A stretch of DNA of 63,422 bases, counting the filler, from Neoconidiobolus thromboides FSU 785 (taxonomy: Eukaryota > Fungi > Entomophthoromycota), in NCBI GenBank assembly GCA_025603075.1. It is 8 parts of 8 records of this genome, joined end to end, with 100 filler letters (N's around TTAATTAATTAA, not from the genome) between each part and the next. Parts side by side here need not be neighbours in the genome. Positions count along the whole stretch, not along the records: positions 46,291 to 54,131 come from MU626696.1; positions 54,232 to 56,037 come from MU626911.1; positions 56,138 to 61,947 come from MU626742.1; 5 more parts are not named here. One strand, written 5' to 3'. The notes under the pieces were generated by a model. That model worked only from the letters and a program-made list of their open reading frames with translations. It did no database searches and had not been told where the DNA came from. Both the position numbers and the translations under genes were made by a program. Numbering within the stretch: the stretch's first letter is position 1; every line of letters begins with the position of its first letter. Positions 49,374-61,283 of this stretch are shown here, piece after piece.

Positions 49374-50199
49374 TGTGCTAATAACTTGTGTTATTTTTTG
49401 TCGTTTTTATGTAATATAAAAGTTAAAAAATTGCTAAACAGATATAAATAAAAGAAAAATTTTCATATACCAAGTACTCTTTATTCAAGAGGTTTTTTAA
49501 TAAGGATGTATCATTGAGTATATGGGCCTTTTTTAAATATCTTTGATGAAGGCTTAGATTTTTAGGAATAGAAAACCGCTAATAAAAATTTAGAATACAA
49601 ATATTACATCAGTCATACATTGACGCCTTAAAATAAGGAATAGTAGAAGAACCCTTGCCCTATATAAGTTTAACATAATATTGAAACAGAAAAATAATTT
49701 ATAGCTTTATTTAAAGCTAAGCTTATTTTTCTTCAAGTTTAAAAGTTTCTGGCATTTTATACTCTGTAGTACTATAATTAAGTGGGATTAAATTTAACCC
49801 CTTGAGCGTCATCAACTTGTGAAAATTCAACTCTAGTTTAACCCCTTGAAGCATTTGTCAAAAACAATATTTGTTAATAAAATCCAGAAATTAGCTAAAT
49901 TTTGAATTTTACCAATTAAATGCTATCTCTAAGCTGTACGGATATACCCCTTTAACAAATTTGATTTTTATTTGTTTAGTATGAAATAAAATACTATTAT
50001 ATAAATTATATCAAGTTGATTCCAATAAAAAAATATTAATCATCTTATATGTTATGTTAAATTAAGATTAACAATAAGTTAATAGACCTTAATATTTAAT
50101 TATTGTAATAATAGGAGCTAAAAGCCGCATTCAATTGTTACAAAACAGCTATAATTATAATATTATAGAAGTAACCAAACAATAAAAAAATAGTAATAT

Positions 50200-51250
50200 C
50201 TAAAGAAATTTAATATACTTTAAAGGCTAGTATAAGTTCTATTTGACTAAAACAGAATATCTATATCATCTTCTCGATATCTGAGATTGCTAATTGTAAT
50301 TACTTGTAGGTTTGGAAACAAAGATAAAAAATCTACGAAGTTTCTAGGTGTAATATAAAGAACGTTTATTGTGAACTTTTAACATATTTGTGTTTATACA
50401 AAGCGAATTTATTTTTATCAATATGAAGTCTATTTACTCTCAAAATGTGAAATCGAATACTTTAGATATAATTACCTTATAATTATTTTCTAATAATATC
50501 ACAGATAATTTCTTTATACCTAACTCCTTTAACGGTGATATTTTCGCAAAAGTATAATCAAATGATTTAGTGGGTTAACGTAGCCTAAGCTAATGATATT
50601 ATAGTTATCAATTAGCTTTATCTCTCATCATCATTTAAAAAAGTAGCTTCTAAATCAATTAATTGTATACTTTTAAGCTTCCCTAAATCCCTAAAAGCTT
50701 AAGTATTAAAGTGTTTGTCAGGTTCTGCTTAAATTAATAATCCTAAATTTGCACTAAAACTTAACTTTGAATCACATTTAGTATCTGTATAAATATAGAA
50801 GCAAGGCTTTGATTGTAACATCTTTAGCTTAATTAAAGTTTAAAATTAGTTTAGTAGTGTTTAAATCTTCAACGTGTAAATTATTACATGATCTTATTTT
50901 TAATGATTTTAGATTATTGGGACTAAAATATTTAATTATATCTATTATTTCAGCCCAAGTTATACAATTCTTAAACTCTGTTATTCAGTAATGAATGATG
51001 CTTGTTGATGTACGTAATGCTTTTGATTCTGGCAAACTAACTTCAGTATTAATATCAGGATCATCTTAACTGTCATAAATACTTTTATATCACATATAAT
51101 GTATAAAAGTTATGTTAGAATAAGAATTTATCAATTTGGTCTTCTCTTCAATTAATAAATCAGTGTTTCACTATAAGTGGATTTCCTTTTATAGAACTAT
51201 CTTGGTGTTCTTTACATCTACTAGCAGAATAGCGTGGATAAATAAGGTTA
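50200..51250 (-). pseudogene. Decayed LRR/RNI-like gene relic
   Basis: Interrupted frames contain FSPNNLKSLKIRSCNNL and FLSLFPNLQVITISNL, which look like LRR segments; many stops. Confidence 0.35.
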
Positions 51251-51335
51251 TGTTTTGTTATTACATTTACAACCTTAAATAACTTTTCATTTGGAAAATG
51301 TAAGCCAAATAAATCATCCAGCCTTATCAGTTAGA

Positions 51336-51440
51336 ATATGGGGATGTTTTTTGTGTTTAAGAATTTTACTAACAATCTTTCCACTTAAATAGCGCTTAAA
51401 AAATGGAAAAATAATGAAACTAAAAAAAACATCACCATAT
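51336..51440 (+). mobile_element. MITE copy 21 (TSD ATAT/ATAT)
   Basis: Consensus match. Confidence 0.92.
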
Positions 51441-51974
51441 TCTTAAAATGGCAGACAAGTACTTAAATTGAATATTTACATTTTGAGATTAAGGGGATAA
51501 AAATAAAAATAAATTTTCCAATTCAATAAATTAATTTTTATCTAGTGACATAAATGTTGCTTTTAATTTTATAGGTTAAATAAAATTAAGCAGTAGTTTA
51601 TTGTAATTATAAATTTGAAAAAATAATTATTAAAAGTATTCTATTTTAGATAATTTGCTTTTTAGTATTTGAAATGATTAAACACAACATTCTTAAAAAA
51701 AACATTTTGCTTTTTTTTCCAATTGTTTTCATTTATTCAGTATTCAAAATTTAAAGCAATTTTTTTAACTATAGTACAAAGAATTACAGTTACATTCAAA
51801 GTTGAAATAAAAGTTACTTTTACACAAACAATTCTTAAAACATGTTAACAGCTTTTCATATAAAAAGCAACCTTTATTTCGAATTCGATTACACCTAGTA
51901 AAATAAAAGAACTACATAACAAAAATCGCTGCATCTTTAAATTCGTTTTTTAATTGACTAGGTTCCAAATTGCA

Positions 51975-52317
51975 ATGACAAAAACAGAAGAAATAGAAGT
52001 AAAAAAAGAAAATGTAACAGATAAAGAAAGCTGTCTTGGATGTAGAATAAGTGGCTTTTTGACCTTCACCCTATTGGGGAGTTATTTACTTTATGAAAGT
52101 CATAATACTAAAAATTTGGAGAATACTAAACCAACTTATTTATTTAATGAGAAATGGGATAAAAAGTTCAAGCTAAAACCCAAACAACTAACTCCAGGGC
52201 ACTTTAAATTTATGAGGGCTTCGGGTTTAGGTAAGTAGATTTATTTTAGTTATATGAAATTTATTCTTATGCCTTTTAGCTTTCATTGCACTTGGTGTTT
52301 TTCGTTTGAATTATTAA
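51975..52317 (+). CDS. DUF4536/DMAC1-like small membrane protein, 2 exons
   Basis: MTKTEE..SCLGCRISGFLTFTLLGSYLLY..; intron 52231-52279 (GTAAGT..TTAG); ends ASGL|AFIALGVFRLNY*. CxxCR plus two hydrophobic segments. Confidence 0.78.
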
Positions 52318-52849
52318 ATAAAATAGTAATTTATACTATTAATATTTTCGGTAACATAATGTATCATTAAATGTAACGTAGCAATTTTGTATTTTATATT
52401 TGAAGAAAACTATATTAAAATAAAGTACAAAAAAGATTTATAATTTCATTAAATAATCTAACTTTAAAAATGATAAATTCATTAATATAGAACAAAAAGC
52501 AAAGATGACAACAGTTTAAAAGAGTTTGGTGAAAGTAAAAATTATGGTTAATTTTTAAAAACAACTGAGTCGAGCATTTATTCTGTGAGCAACTATTAAT
52601 CAGATAATAGAGTGAAAGTGATGTTTATCAAGCAACTTTATCTATCGATACTTACAAAAAAGGAGCCTTGCACTTAATTAATAAGCGACGAGAGAGTTAA
52701 AAATAGATAATATCATATTCAAGTTTAAATATCATTAGTAATGTTGCTTATTATGTTGATAAAGTCAAGTTGGATTTCAAATATGTTAAGTCCTAGCTTG
52801 AGCTATTGTAACTTAAATCATATTAGCTTTACTTTGGTTTTAGATCCTA

Positions 52850-54131
52850 CTACTAATAGCTCCCATTTTATAATAAAGTAATTTAATCAAGTACTCTGCT
52901 GTTTTCAAAACAGCAATTAACCTTTTTTTGTCAAAATAATCACTGGCTCGTTCACTACAATTACGATGAGTTTGATTGAAATTGTTATTATATTAGTTTT
53001 AAAGCTTAGTTTGACGGTTTGATGTGAGGATGTATTGACATCTTCTTTAGATTTAGTTTATTGTGAAGTTAATCAATAAATCCTTCTATTCTTTTATTCC
53101 TTATTCTCGTATTATAATATTAATAGCAACTTTGAGTACCTAATTTACTTTTTATTCTCTTTTCTAGCTGACTCCTTTTTTTCATTATTTTATAGCTTTT
53201 ATGAAAAAATATTTTGATTTTCTTCCAAATTATTAGGCATATTCGGTTTTGCATATTCCTCTTTCATCATCTTAAATTGCTCAGCTTTGTTTATTGGAAC
53301 TGTATCATCATTACTATCATTCTTACTAACTCACTAAAAGACATAATTAAATATTTGACTTCTATTAAATAAATCACTAAGTTGGTTATCTATGTTTGAG
53401 TTGCTGAAATAATCGATATTGTAACTGTCATTGATCTCACTTAATGAAAGGTATTCAATAATTCAGCGTCCTTATTTGAAAATAAGATTTGGGCATTTTT
53501 ACTGCTCCCATCTTCTTTACCAAACATTCTGTTATAGGAATTAGATCTTAGTCTTATTTAATTTTGGAAGCACTTTTTTTATTTTGTGGTCATTTTTTTA
53601 ATCCTATCACTATCTGCAATTTTGGCTATCTTTGTGATGTTATTTGCTATGTTACTATTGATAACTTTAAGAGAGCATTAAAAGTATCAATTTATTTTTA
53701 TTAGGTAAATATTTAGCCTTACTTTAGTGTTGACATAATTGCATAATTGTCCTAGTTTATTCATATCAAATTTGAGTTTAGTCTAAATTTAAACTAACTA
53801 ACATCAGATGAATTTCAATTGCTATTTATATTATAGCACTGTTCATATCACCAAATTTACACTCTTCTTCGTGACATGATTTTACATATATCCTGTATAG
53901 CTACTTAGTAACACCCAAGAGTCTGTTCTTATCTTTCTGATTAATTATTAAGATTTTATAATAGTAAGATAAACTCAAGCCTAAATGAACATCTTCTAGT
54001 GTTTTAGTATTTACTAACGTTTTTGGAACCTTTACAAACTAATATTTTTGGTGAATGTTTGGTATAGGCTTACCTTCTACAAAACTTGAAAGTTTTCTCA
54101 ACTTTGTAAATATTCTGAAACTTTAATATTA
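52850..54131 (-). pseudogene. Degenerate coding relic of unknown family
   Basis: Patches of coding-like sequence (SCHEEECKFGDMNSAII; HRNCSERASDYFDKKRLIAVLKTAEYLIKLLYY) with many stops. Confidence 0.2.
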
Positions 54132-54231
54132 NNNNNNNNNNNNNNNNNNNNNNNNNNNNNNNNNNNNNNNNNNNNTTAATTAATTAANNNNNNNNNNNNN
54201 NNNNNNNNNNNNNNNNNNNNNNNNNNNNNNN
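54132..54231. other. Artificial assembly spacer
   Basis: 44 N + TTAATTAATTAA + 44 N. Confidence 0.98.
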
Positions 54232-54749
54232 TTATCAAACACTTTACTTTATCATGTTTTATTAACTAAGATAAAAATAAGTTTATTTGACTTATAATAT
54301 CATACATTAAAACATTATGTATTAAAGATCGGGAGGTATTAGACAACCATAACAATTGATCTCCTATTGAGAAGTACATAGTTCTAATCAAAATCGAACT
54401 TTACTAATTTGTTATTTATATTGTTTTTGAAGAGCATTAATACAAAAAGTTAGAGCTTGAAATAACTCAGTTACATTAAGTTGACGAAGCACTGACAAAC
54501 TTTATAAAACTTTTTATTTTAATATGGTTTGTTAACTGGGATAAGAATAAGTTACCTTCATCTGTAATCTCATAATCTCAAGATACTATGAGAAAATGTC
54601 AAAAATTCCATAAAATAAAATATAAGTATTCAAAAACGAAACAAATAGTTTTTTCATCAAACTTATAAATTATTATTTTTATATGTACTAAATTTCAAAC
54701 TAATTACTACTTTTTGAAATATGAAAAAAGGTGCACAATGCTCAAAAAT

Positions 54750-55260
54750 ACTTCTGAAAAGAATATGATAAAGTATGATCAAATAATAAGAGTTGTAAAA
54801 CCATGTTTTTTTCCACGAATTTATCAATATCTCATTGATATTGTGTATATTAAATTTAGTATTGCTTAAATTATTCGCTATTATGTATTACTCAAAGCTT
54901 CGAAAATAGTACATTAAGACAATATTTTTATCGGGAGTCGAAAACCAAATTACTAGCAAACCCTTTAGTGGTAGCCATTTCCTTTAACTATACCTCGGAA
55001 ACAAGAAATTTGATAAATACAAAAATTTGTATGTATTATATTTAGAACATATACAATAAGTTTGAGTAGGGAAACTTCACCTAATCCCACCAATCACTTC
55101 ATTCTATGGGATTTTTGATCTTTCCTCATATCTATAATAAAGATTCAAAGGCACTATTGGTATAATATGAATATTTCATCTGAAAGTATATCATTTAGAT
55201 ATAAGTTGCATTTATTCCAATGTAGTGACGAACACAACTGAATTTATAATATAACCAGCT
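54750..55260 (-). mobile_element. Possible Mutator-like (MULE) transposase relic
   Basis: Frameshifted fragments CVRHYIGINATYI and NEVIGGIR*SFPTQTYCIC loosely recall MULE motifs (IxxDGT; GLxxAIxxxFP..C..H). Confidence 0.22.
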
Positions 55261-55542
55261 TTAAAACCTTATAACTTATATAACTGATATTTAGTTAGCA
55301 CAAAATTTAATAAAATTATATCTTTAACATATTAATTGTCGAATTTTTATTCACTTACAATTAATTTGAAAAAGCAAATGGTGGAAAGTTATTACAGATA
55401 AATCCATTTTTGTTCGTTGTTATGCCAAAAAATATTTTAAATTCAAAATATTCAATAGACATAAAAAGCTGTGTCATAATTATTTTATTTGAGAAAGTTA
55501 AAATAAGTAAATATAAAATTTTATTTAATAATTAATTAAATA

Positions 55543-56037
55543 CTAGTTTTCAACAAGATTCAACACATTAATAACTTGTCTAATATCTTTTTCTTGTTGA
55601 CGAATAAAGTTGATATCCAAATGGTTCATTTCAATGAATTTTTCAGATAACGGCTTGACAGTGGCTATCTTTTTAGTTTTAGGACGAAGGAAAGAGTTGG
55701 CTTCAAATATATTCATTGGTGCATTCACGGCTCTTTGAATCTTATTTCTCAAGGCAATATTGTTAGAATTAGCATGAACCAGGGCTTCGTCCCCTAAAAT
55801 GCTTTCACTAGTACCATCTGCATTTACATTCATCATTCTACTATTTCCTTTATGAACATTATTGTTCTTATTAATTTCATTAGCGATAATATTGATCGTT
55901 TGCTTTTTTATAGATGAAAATCGGTTATAATAATAACAATAGCCATTTGCCCTTGTATTTAATGTTTGTGATACTTGTATATTATATGGCATTAATTTAT
56001 CATTTGAATTGACATTTTTACCATCTATTTTACCATT
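55543..56037 (-). CDS. 3' part of a hypothetical protein; frame open to the gap
   Basis: NGKIDGKNVNSNDKLMPYNIQ… continues from the gap into the track ORF; no family recognised. Confidence 0.55.
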   Translation of the reverse strand, partial: NGKIDGKNVNSNDKLMPYNIQVSQTLNTRANGYCYYYNRFSSIKKQTINIIANEINKNNNVHKGNSRMMNVNADGTSESILGDEALVHANSNNIALRNKIQRAVNAPMNIFEANSFLRPKTKKIATVKPLSEKFIEMNHLDINFIRQQEKDIRQVINVLNLVEN

Positions 56038-56137
56038 NNNNNNNNNNNNNNNNNNNNNNNNNNNNNNNNNNNNNNNNNNNNTTAATTAATTAANNNNNNN
56101 NNNNNNNNNNNNNNNNNNNNNNNNNNNNNNNNNNNNN
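56038..56137. other. Artificial assembly spacer
   Basis: 44 N + TTAATTAATTAA + 44 N. Confidence 0.98.
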
Positions 56138-56232
56138 ATACTGTTGGATCAGCTATTGGTAATGAGCAAATGCAAGCTGAAGGTAAAGCTTCTAAATTAC
56201 AAGGTGATGCTAAAAAGGAAATGAATTCTTAA
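56138..56232 (+). CDS. 3' end of a CsbD-like small stress protein
   Basis: TVGSAIGNEQMQAEGKASKLQGDAKKEMNS* fits the CsbD repeat (G..VG.A.GNE.LQAEG.A); AATAAA-like signal follows. Not in the ORF track. Confidence 0.78.
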
Positions 56233-56637
56233 CTATCTAATTTAACATGGTGTAAATAAAATATTGCTATAATTATAATTATACTTTTATTTCTTATATC
56301 TTTTAAAAATTAAAAGTTTTTATGCTATTGAAATTCATTCATCGTTGAGCTTTTAAAGTATTTATACATAATCTTTAAAAAAAATAGGTACTTAAGTTTT
56401 AAATAGTAACAATCATACAATAAATTATTATTTTGTAACTATTTATTACGGATCATTATAAAAGATGTATATTAATACTAAATACTTGATTTAATGTGTT
56501 TCCAACGAAATAAAAATTTACTTAACTAATCAGCTGAAAGGTTTCAAATTCGAAATGAATAACTTTATAACATAGTCTTTGGTACTGCTTTTATGAAGTG
56601 TCAGTACTATATTATAATTATAAAAATAAAAGATAAC

Positions 56638-56739
56638 TTATGGGGATATTTTTCTTGGTTTCATCGCTTTTCTATTTTTAAGCGCTATTTGAGTGGAAAA
56701 GCTATAGCAAAATTCTTTAAAAAAAATACATGCCCTTAT
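56638..56739 (-). mobile_element. MITE copy 22 (TSD TTAT/TTAT)
   Basis: Consensus match; non-palindromic direct repeat. Confidence 0.87.
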
Positions 56740-57302
56740 AATTAGATTAAATAAACTGTTTAGTTATTATTTCAAGCTCGAATTTTAGTTTCAAAAACAT
56801 TTACTTGATTTATTTTATCTAAAATATGTCCTAGATTTTGTAGTGTTTAAATTGACCGGTATTCTGAAGATATAGTTTACTTACATGAGTAAATCAACCT
56901 TTATAGTTGCACTTTCAAAAATGATAAAGTATGATTTTAATCAAGATGGTCTACTTAATAAATTGAGATATGTCTACACGTAATCATTTTCTTCCATAGC
57001 GTTTAGATTGCTATATGGATCTGTCCACTCTCCCTTGACATTTCCACCAAAATTCTTCATAATTAACCTAAAGATGATGACTAAAGTAAATAAATCAATT
57101 TTTTATATGATTATTTATGGTGAAAATAAACAATTTTTAAAAATGAACTATTATATTAATATATATTAAATTTATTAGTCATATATTATTATTTAAAAAA
57201 TAAGCCATCAACCTATTAGCCAATATTCTAATACATAATTTCATAGCGAAGACATCAACTATTTATACGTTAGCATATTATTAATGTATAACAATACACT
57301 AT

Positions 57303-58767
57303 TTAAATGCCTGCCATAACAGTATTAAAAAACTTTTGATTTCTAAGATAAATACCATGATTCCCATTTAGTATTGAAACTTTTAATTTGTTACCAAAGT
57401 GAGGACTCTTCTTGAGATAGCTTTCCACATTTCTACTATCAATAAGAAAATCGAACTCTGATAAAAAAACATTGACTTGTAAATCTTCCAAGTCCTCAAT
57501 TAACAATAAATTTTCTACCCATAGAAAATTTCTAGCAATAGTATTAGCGATGAATAAATCTTTAGAAACAATTAAATCACATAAAATGGACTTTAAATTG
57601 AACTGATTATTATAAATGAAATTTCGAGTTAAATTAGAATCCCAAATAGAAAAACATACTGGATCAATTAATGTTAATTTACTTATTCTTTCTTTACAAT
57701 GTTTCATTAACCAAGAACATATAAAAGTACCATAAGAATGTCCTATTAATGAAATCTTTTGAATATTATGTCTTTCACAGATAACATTCATAAAGTTTAA
57801 TGTATCTTCAATTGTGTTAATATAAGTTGTTGGTGTAATTGTTATATATTTCAATTCTAACATTATAATCTTTCGATTAGGATATGATTGTTTTAACTCA
57901 CAGATTTTCTTAAGATAAGAAAGTCCTGGTCCTATTCCATTGATAAAAAATAAAGTGTCTTTAGTATTATCTGGATTAATAGGCTCATAAACATAATAAG
58001 AATACTTGCTTTCGTTGTGGTGATTGTATTGAAAACCATTTAATAATAGAAAGATGCTCATCCTTGATTGTAATAAGAATATAATCTAAATAAATATCAA
58101 TACACCATCAATAGAATTAAATATTATATTATTAAATTACCAAATAAACTAATAAAGGTTTAAATAAAACATTTAATTTATCTAAAGTTAGTCTCATAGC
58201 TTGACGTTTCTCTTTCTCACTATTCACTTTCTTTAAAGAAATACCAGATAAAAATTGAATTTTTTCTGTTAATTGTTGAATACTCTGACTTTGTTTTTCA
58301 GATAGTTTTTCTAAATAATTGTTATAAAATAACCAAGCGAAGAACTCTTGACATTGTTGAACAGAGATCAAGTCTTTATTTATTGGGTTAAACCAACGTA
58401 ATAAGTTATTTATATCTAAATTTTTTTCCTCAATCCATACTTTTATTAATTTATTCCTATCCTCTTCACTGATATTGTAGCTGTGTTTGTTATTGTCCGA
58501 CTGATGGTATAGTATGGTGCAGTAAATGTAAAATAAGATTTCTATTATATTGTAGGTACTTATAACTAATTTCATGTTATTCGTTATACCACCGGTTAAT
58601 GAGATATAAATTAAACTTAATACACAGAGTGGCACATAAAGGTTTAATAAAAGGGTTATACTTAGTTTGACAGTGTGTAAAATTAAGTCATTAAAAGGGA
58701 AGGTTTTGACAGAAGGTTTGGAGGAAAAGAATAGACTATTACCCACCTTTTGAAATAAACGGAACAT
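57303..58767 (-). CDS. Alpha/beta-hydrolase with an N-terminal TM segment, 2 exons
   Basis: Intron at about 58141-58088 joins KPLLVYL|IIFLLQSRMSIF; motifs LFFINGIGPG, IGHSYGT (GxSxG), SEFDFLI and GNHG. Confidence 0.85.
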
Positions 58768-59633
58768 TTTAAAATTAAAAAAATACTGAATAATTTTAAT
58801 TATTTATATTGATTGTTAAATTTGTTCATTTAATTTCGAAACTTAATTTAAATTCTAAAATGGCTTATCTCTGTTTTGTATATCTTATGTAAACAAATAA
58901 AAATTAACTGATTTTGATTTTTTTTCCGATTAATTTCGATTCTATTTTTTAAAACACTACACTCTCTTACTATTACAAAAACAAAATTATATAATTTATA
59001 TCTCAAATTAATTATTTTTAACCAGACTGAACTATTTTATTTAATTAAATTTAAGTTTTAAAATATTATGTTCTATATTTTTATTCTTGATATAAAATGT
59101 TTTCTTTGGTTTGGCATTTAGTTATAATTTTTACTAATTTATGCTATAGGAAATGGTCAAAAATAATGAATTAAAAGTGCTCCTAAATTAATATTAAAGG
59201 TAAGTTAGCTCCATATTTTACTCAGTATAAACTTCTTAGACTCAAAGTGGCATATAAGCAAAAAGATTAACAAAGGCCTACTTATTATAATAATCAAGAA
59301 ATCCTAATGCTTTTAAGATCTAAATATTATATATGGGTTTAAAAATCTAGTTCAATTTTTGTCCAATTTAGATATTTAGCAAATATTGCAAATTAAGTAC
59401 TAAGCTAAGTATTATAATTTCTTTTTTGCTTTTTTGCTTTTTTGCTTAATTTTAAAATAACTCATATTGAGATGTTTTTTATCCAGCCTTTTATTTATAA
59501 TCTTTTTCAAAAATTTACACTAGATAGAAAATGAGCAAAATGGAAAATTTTCTCCTTGATTTTAATGGCTTCTAAGCTTACCCATATTCTTATACTGTAC
59601 TTTCAACCTAAGGTTTCCCAATTTTTTACTACT

Positions 59634-59740
59634 ATTTGGGGATGTATTTTTATGTTCAAGAATTTTACCAACAAATTTTCCACTCAAATAGCGCTTAAAA
59701 AATGGAAAAAATAATGAAGTCAAAAAAAACACTCCCATTT
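59634..59740 (+). mobile_element. MITE copy 23 (TSD ATTT/ATTT)
   Basis: Consensus match; non-palindromic direct repeat. Confidence 0.92.
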
Positions 59741-59932
59741 GCTAGATTTTCCAAAAATTCCTAATAGACTTTTTGTTTTATATAATGGAGTTCCCAAAAA
59801 GTAGCTAATAATTTTAAAAGCTGGAAGACAATAAGAAAAAATTTACGGCTTTTAAAGTAAAAAAATGCCATATCTAATAAGTAATATGATTTTGTATTTT
59901 ATTAATAAAATGTTAGTTGCATAGTTTTATTT

Positions 59933-60038
59933 ACGTGTGAATGTATTTTTTTGCTTAACGATTTTACTAACAGTTTTTCCGCTCAAATAGCACTTGAAAA
60001 ATAAAAAGGTGATGAAGCCAAAAAAAACATTTCCATAT
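59933..60038 (+). mobile_element. MITE copy 24, tail-to-tail with copy 25
   Basis: Consensus match. Confidence 0.85.
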
Positions 60039-60142
60039 ATGGGGCTGTTTTTTTTAGTTTCATTATTTTTCCATTTTTTAAGCGCTATTTATGTGGAAAA
60101 ATTGTCAGTAAAATTCTTAAATACAAAAATACATCCCCATAT
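60037..60142 (-). mobile_element. MITE copy 25 (TSD ATAT/ATAT)
   Basis: 105/106 identical to copy 5. Confidence 0.93.
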
Positions 60143-61283
60143 TATTAATAATTTTTATTTTGATTAATTAGTAGGCAATACCTTTAGTCTTATATTTTAG
60201 TAATAAAATAATAATAGGATAGTTTTTTGCCTATAATAAAAAATGATTTATTTAATCCTATCTCTTTATTATTTATTAATACTGTCAACCATTACTAATT
60301 GATAAATCTACCATTAACGTCAAACAAGTAGCACCTATATTACTAAAAGCGAATCGAATTCTGCAGAAGATAAATGGCCCAATTCTTAAGTTGATCATTA
60401 TGGTTACCTTTATGATAAATGCTACTATAAATATTTATCTTACAACTATAACTCCTCCCAACTACGCTACCTACATTTACGTTGATACTAGTACCAAAAA
60501 ATACAAAACTATTAAATCCTACTAGAAATTCAAATAGATTAGTTAATTATGCTTCAAGTGCTGACTGAAATTCAACTTTGTTTATGTGCTATTGTTATCT
60601 TAACTTTTTATTTACATTACTGTTATCATTGTTCTATTTTGATGTCTAAAATTATTCAACTGTTTTCTAAAATTTATAAAGTATTACCGTCTATCGATTC
60701 ATTATTCATATTTTATTTAACAGGTATCCCTTAATTAATAATACAAATTGTTTTACTACTATGTTTAAGTCCAATTCTTTCCAAAAATAAATTCATCATA
60801 GGTATTGTTATTGGTGATTAGAATAATTATCATTTAAGAATAATATTGCAGCAGTTGAACTAAATTTAATCAAATGTCATTTAAAATTGTATTAAATATT
60901 AACATAATCCATAAAGCAGTGACTATTCTCTAAAAGTTTAGATATACTACTAATAAGTAGTTTAATTTATACTGGCTAGTTAAAGACCATAAATGAAAGC
61001 AATAAAAAATAATTGGCTGGAATTTACTTATTTTAAAATGAATATAGAAATAGGGTATATAACGAAATAATAAATTTTAGGGAGACATCTATAAACTGAT
61101 ATAAAATAGTAGCAAATAGACCATAAAAAGTATTGATTAACAGCTATGCGGGACTCATAATAGCTTTAGGATTTATGATCATTTTCCTTAGGACAAATCT
61201 TTTTAGTCAAACTATAGTAAATTCGTCTACCCTTTACTAGTACATTAAATATGACTTTAATTGTCGATAATTTTTGTAGTATT

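Noticed and set aside
900-54131. TAA/TAG-interrupted frames as evidence of a non-standard genetic code (UAR=Gln)
   Set aside because: All intact genes end in TAA/TAG and have no internal stops; the interrupted frames also show frameshifts and TGA stops, so they are pseudogenes.
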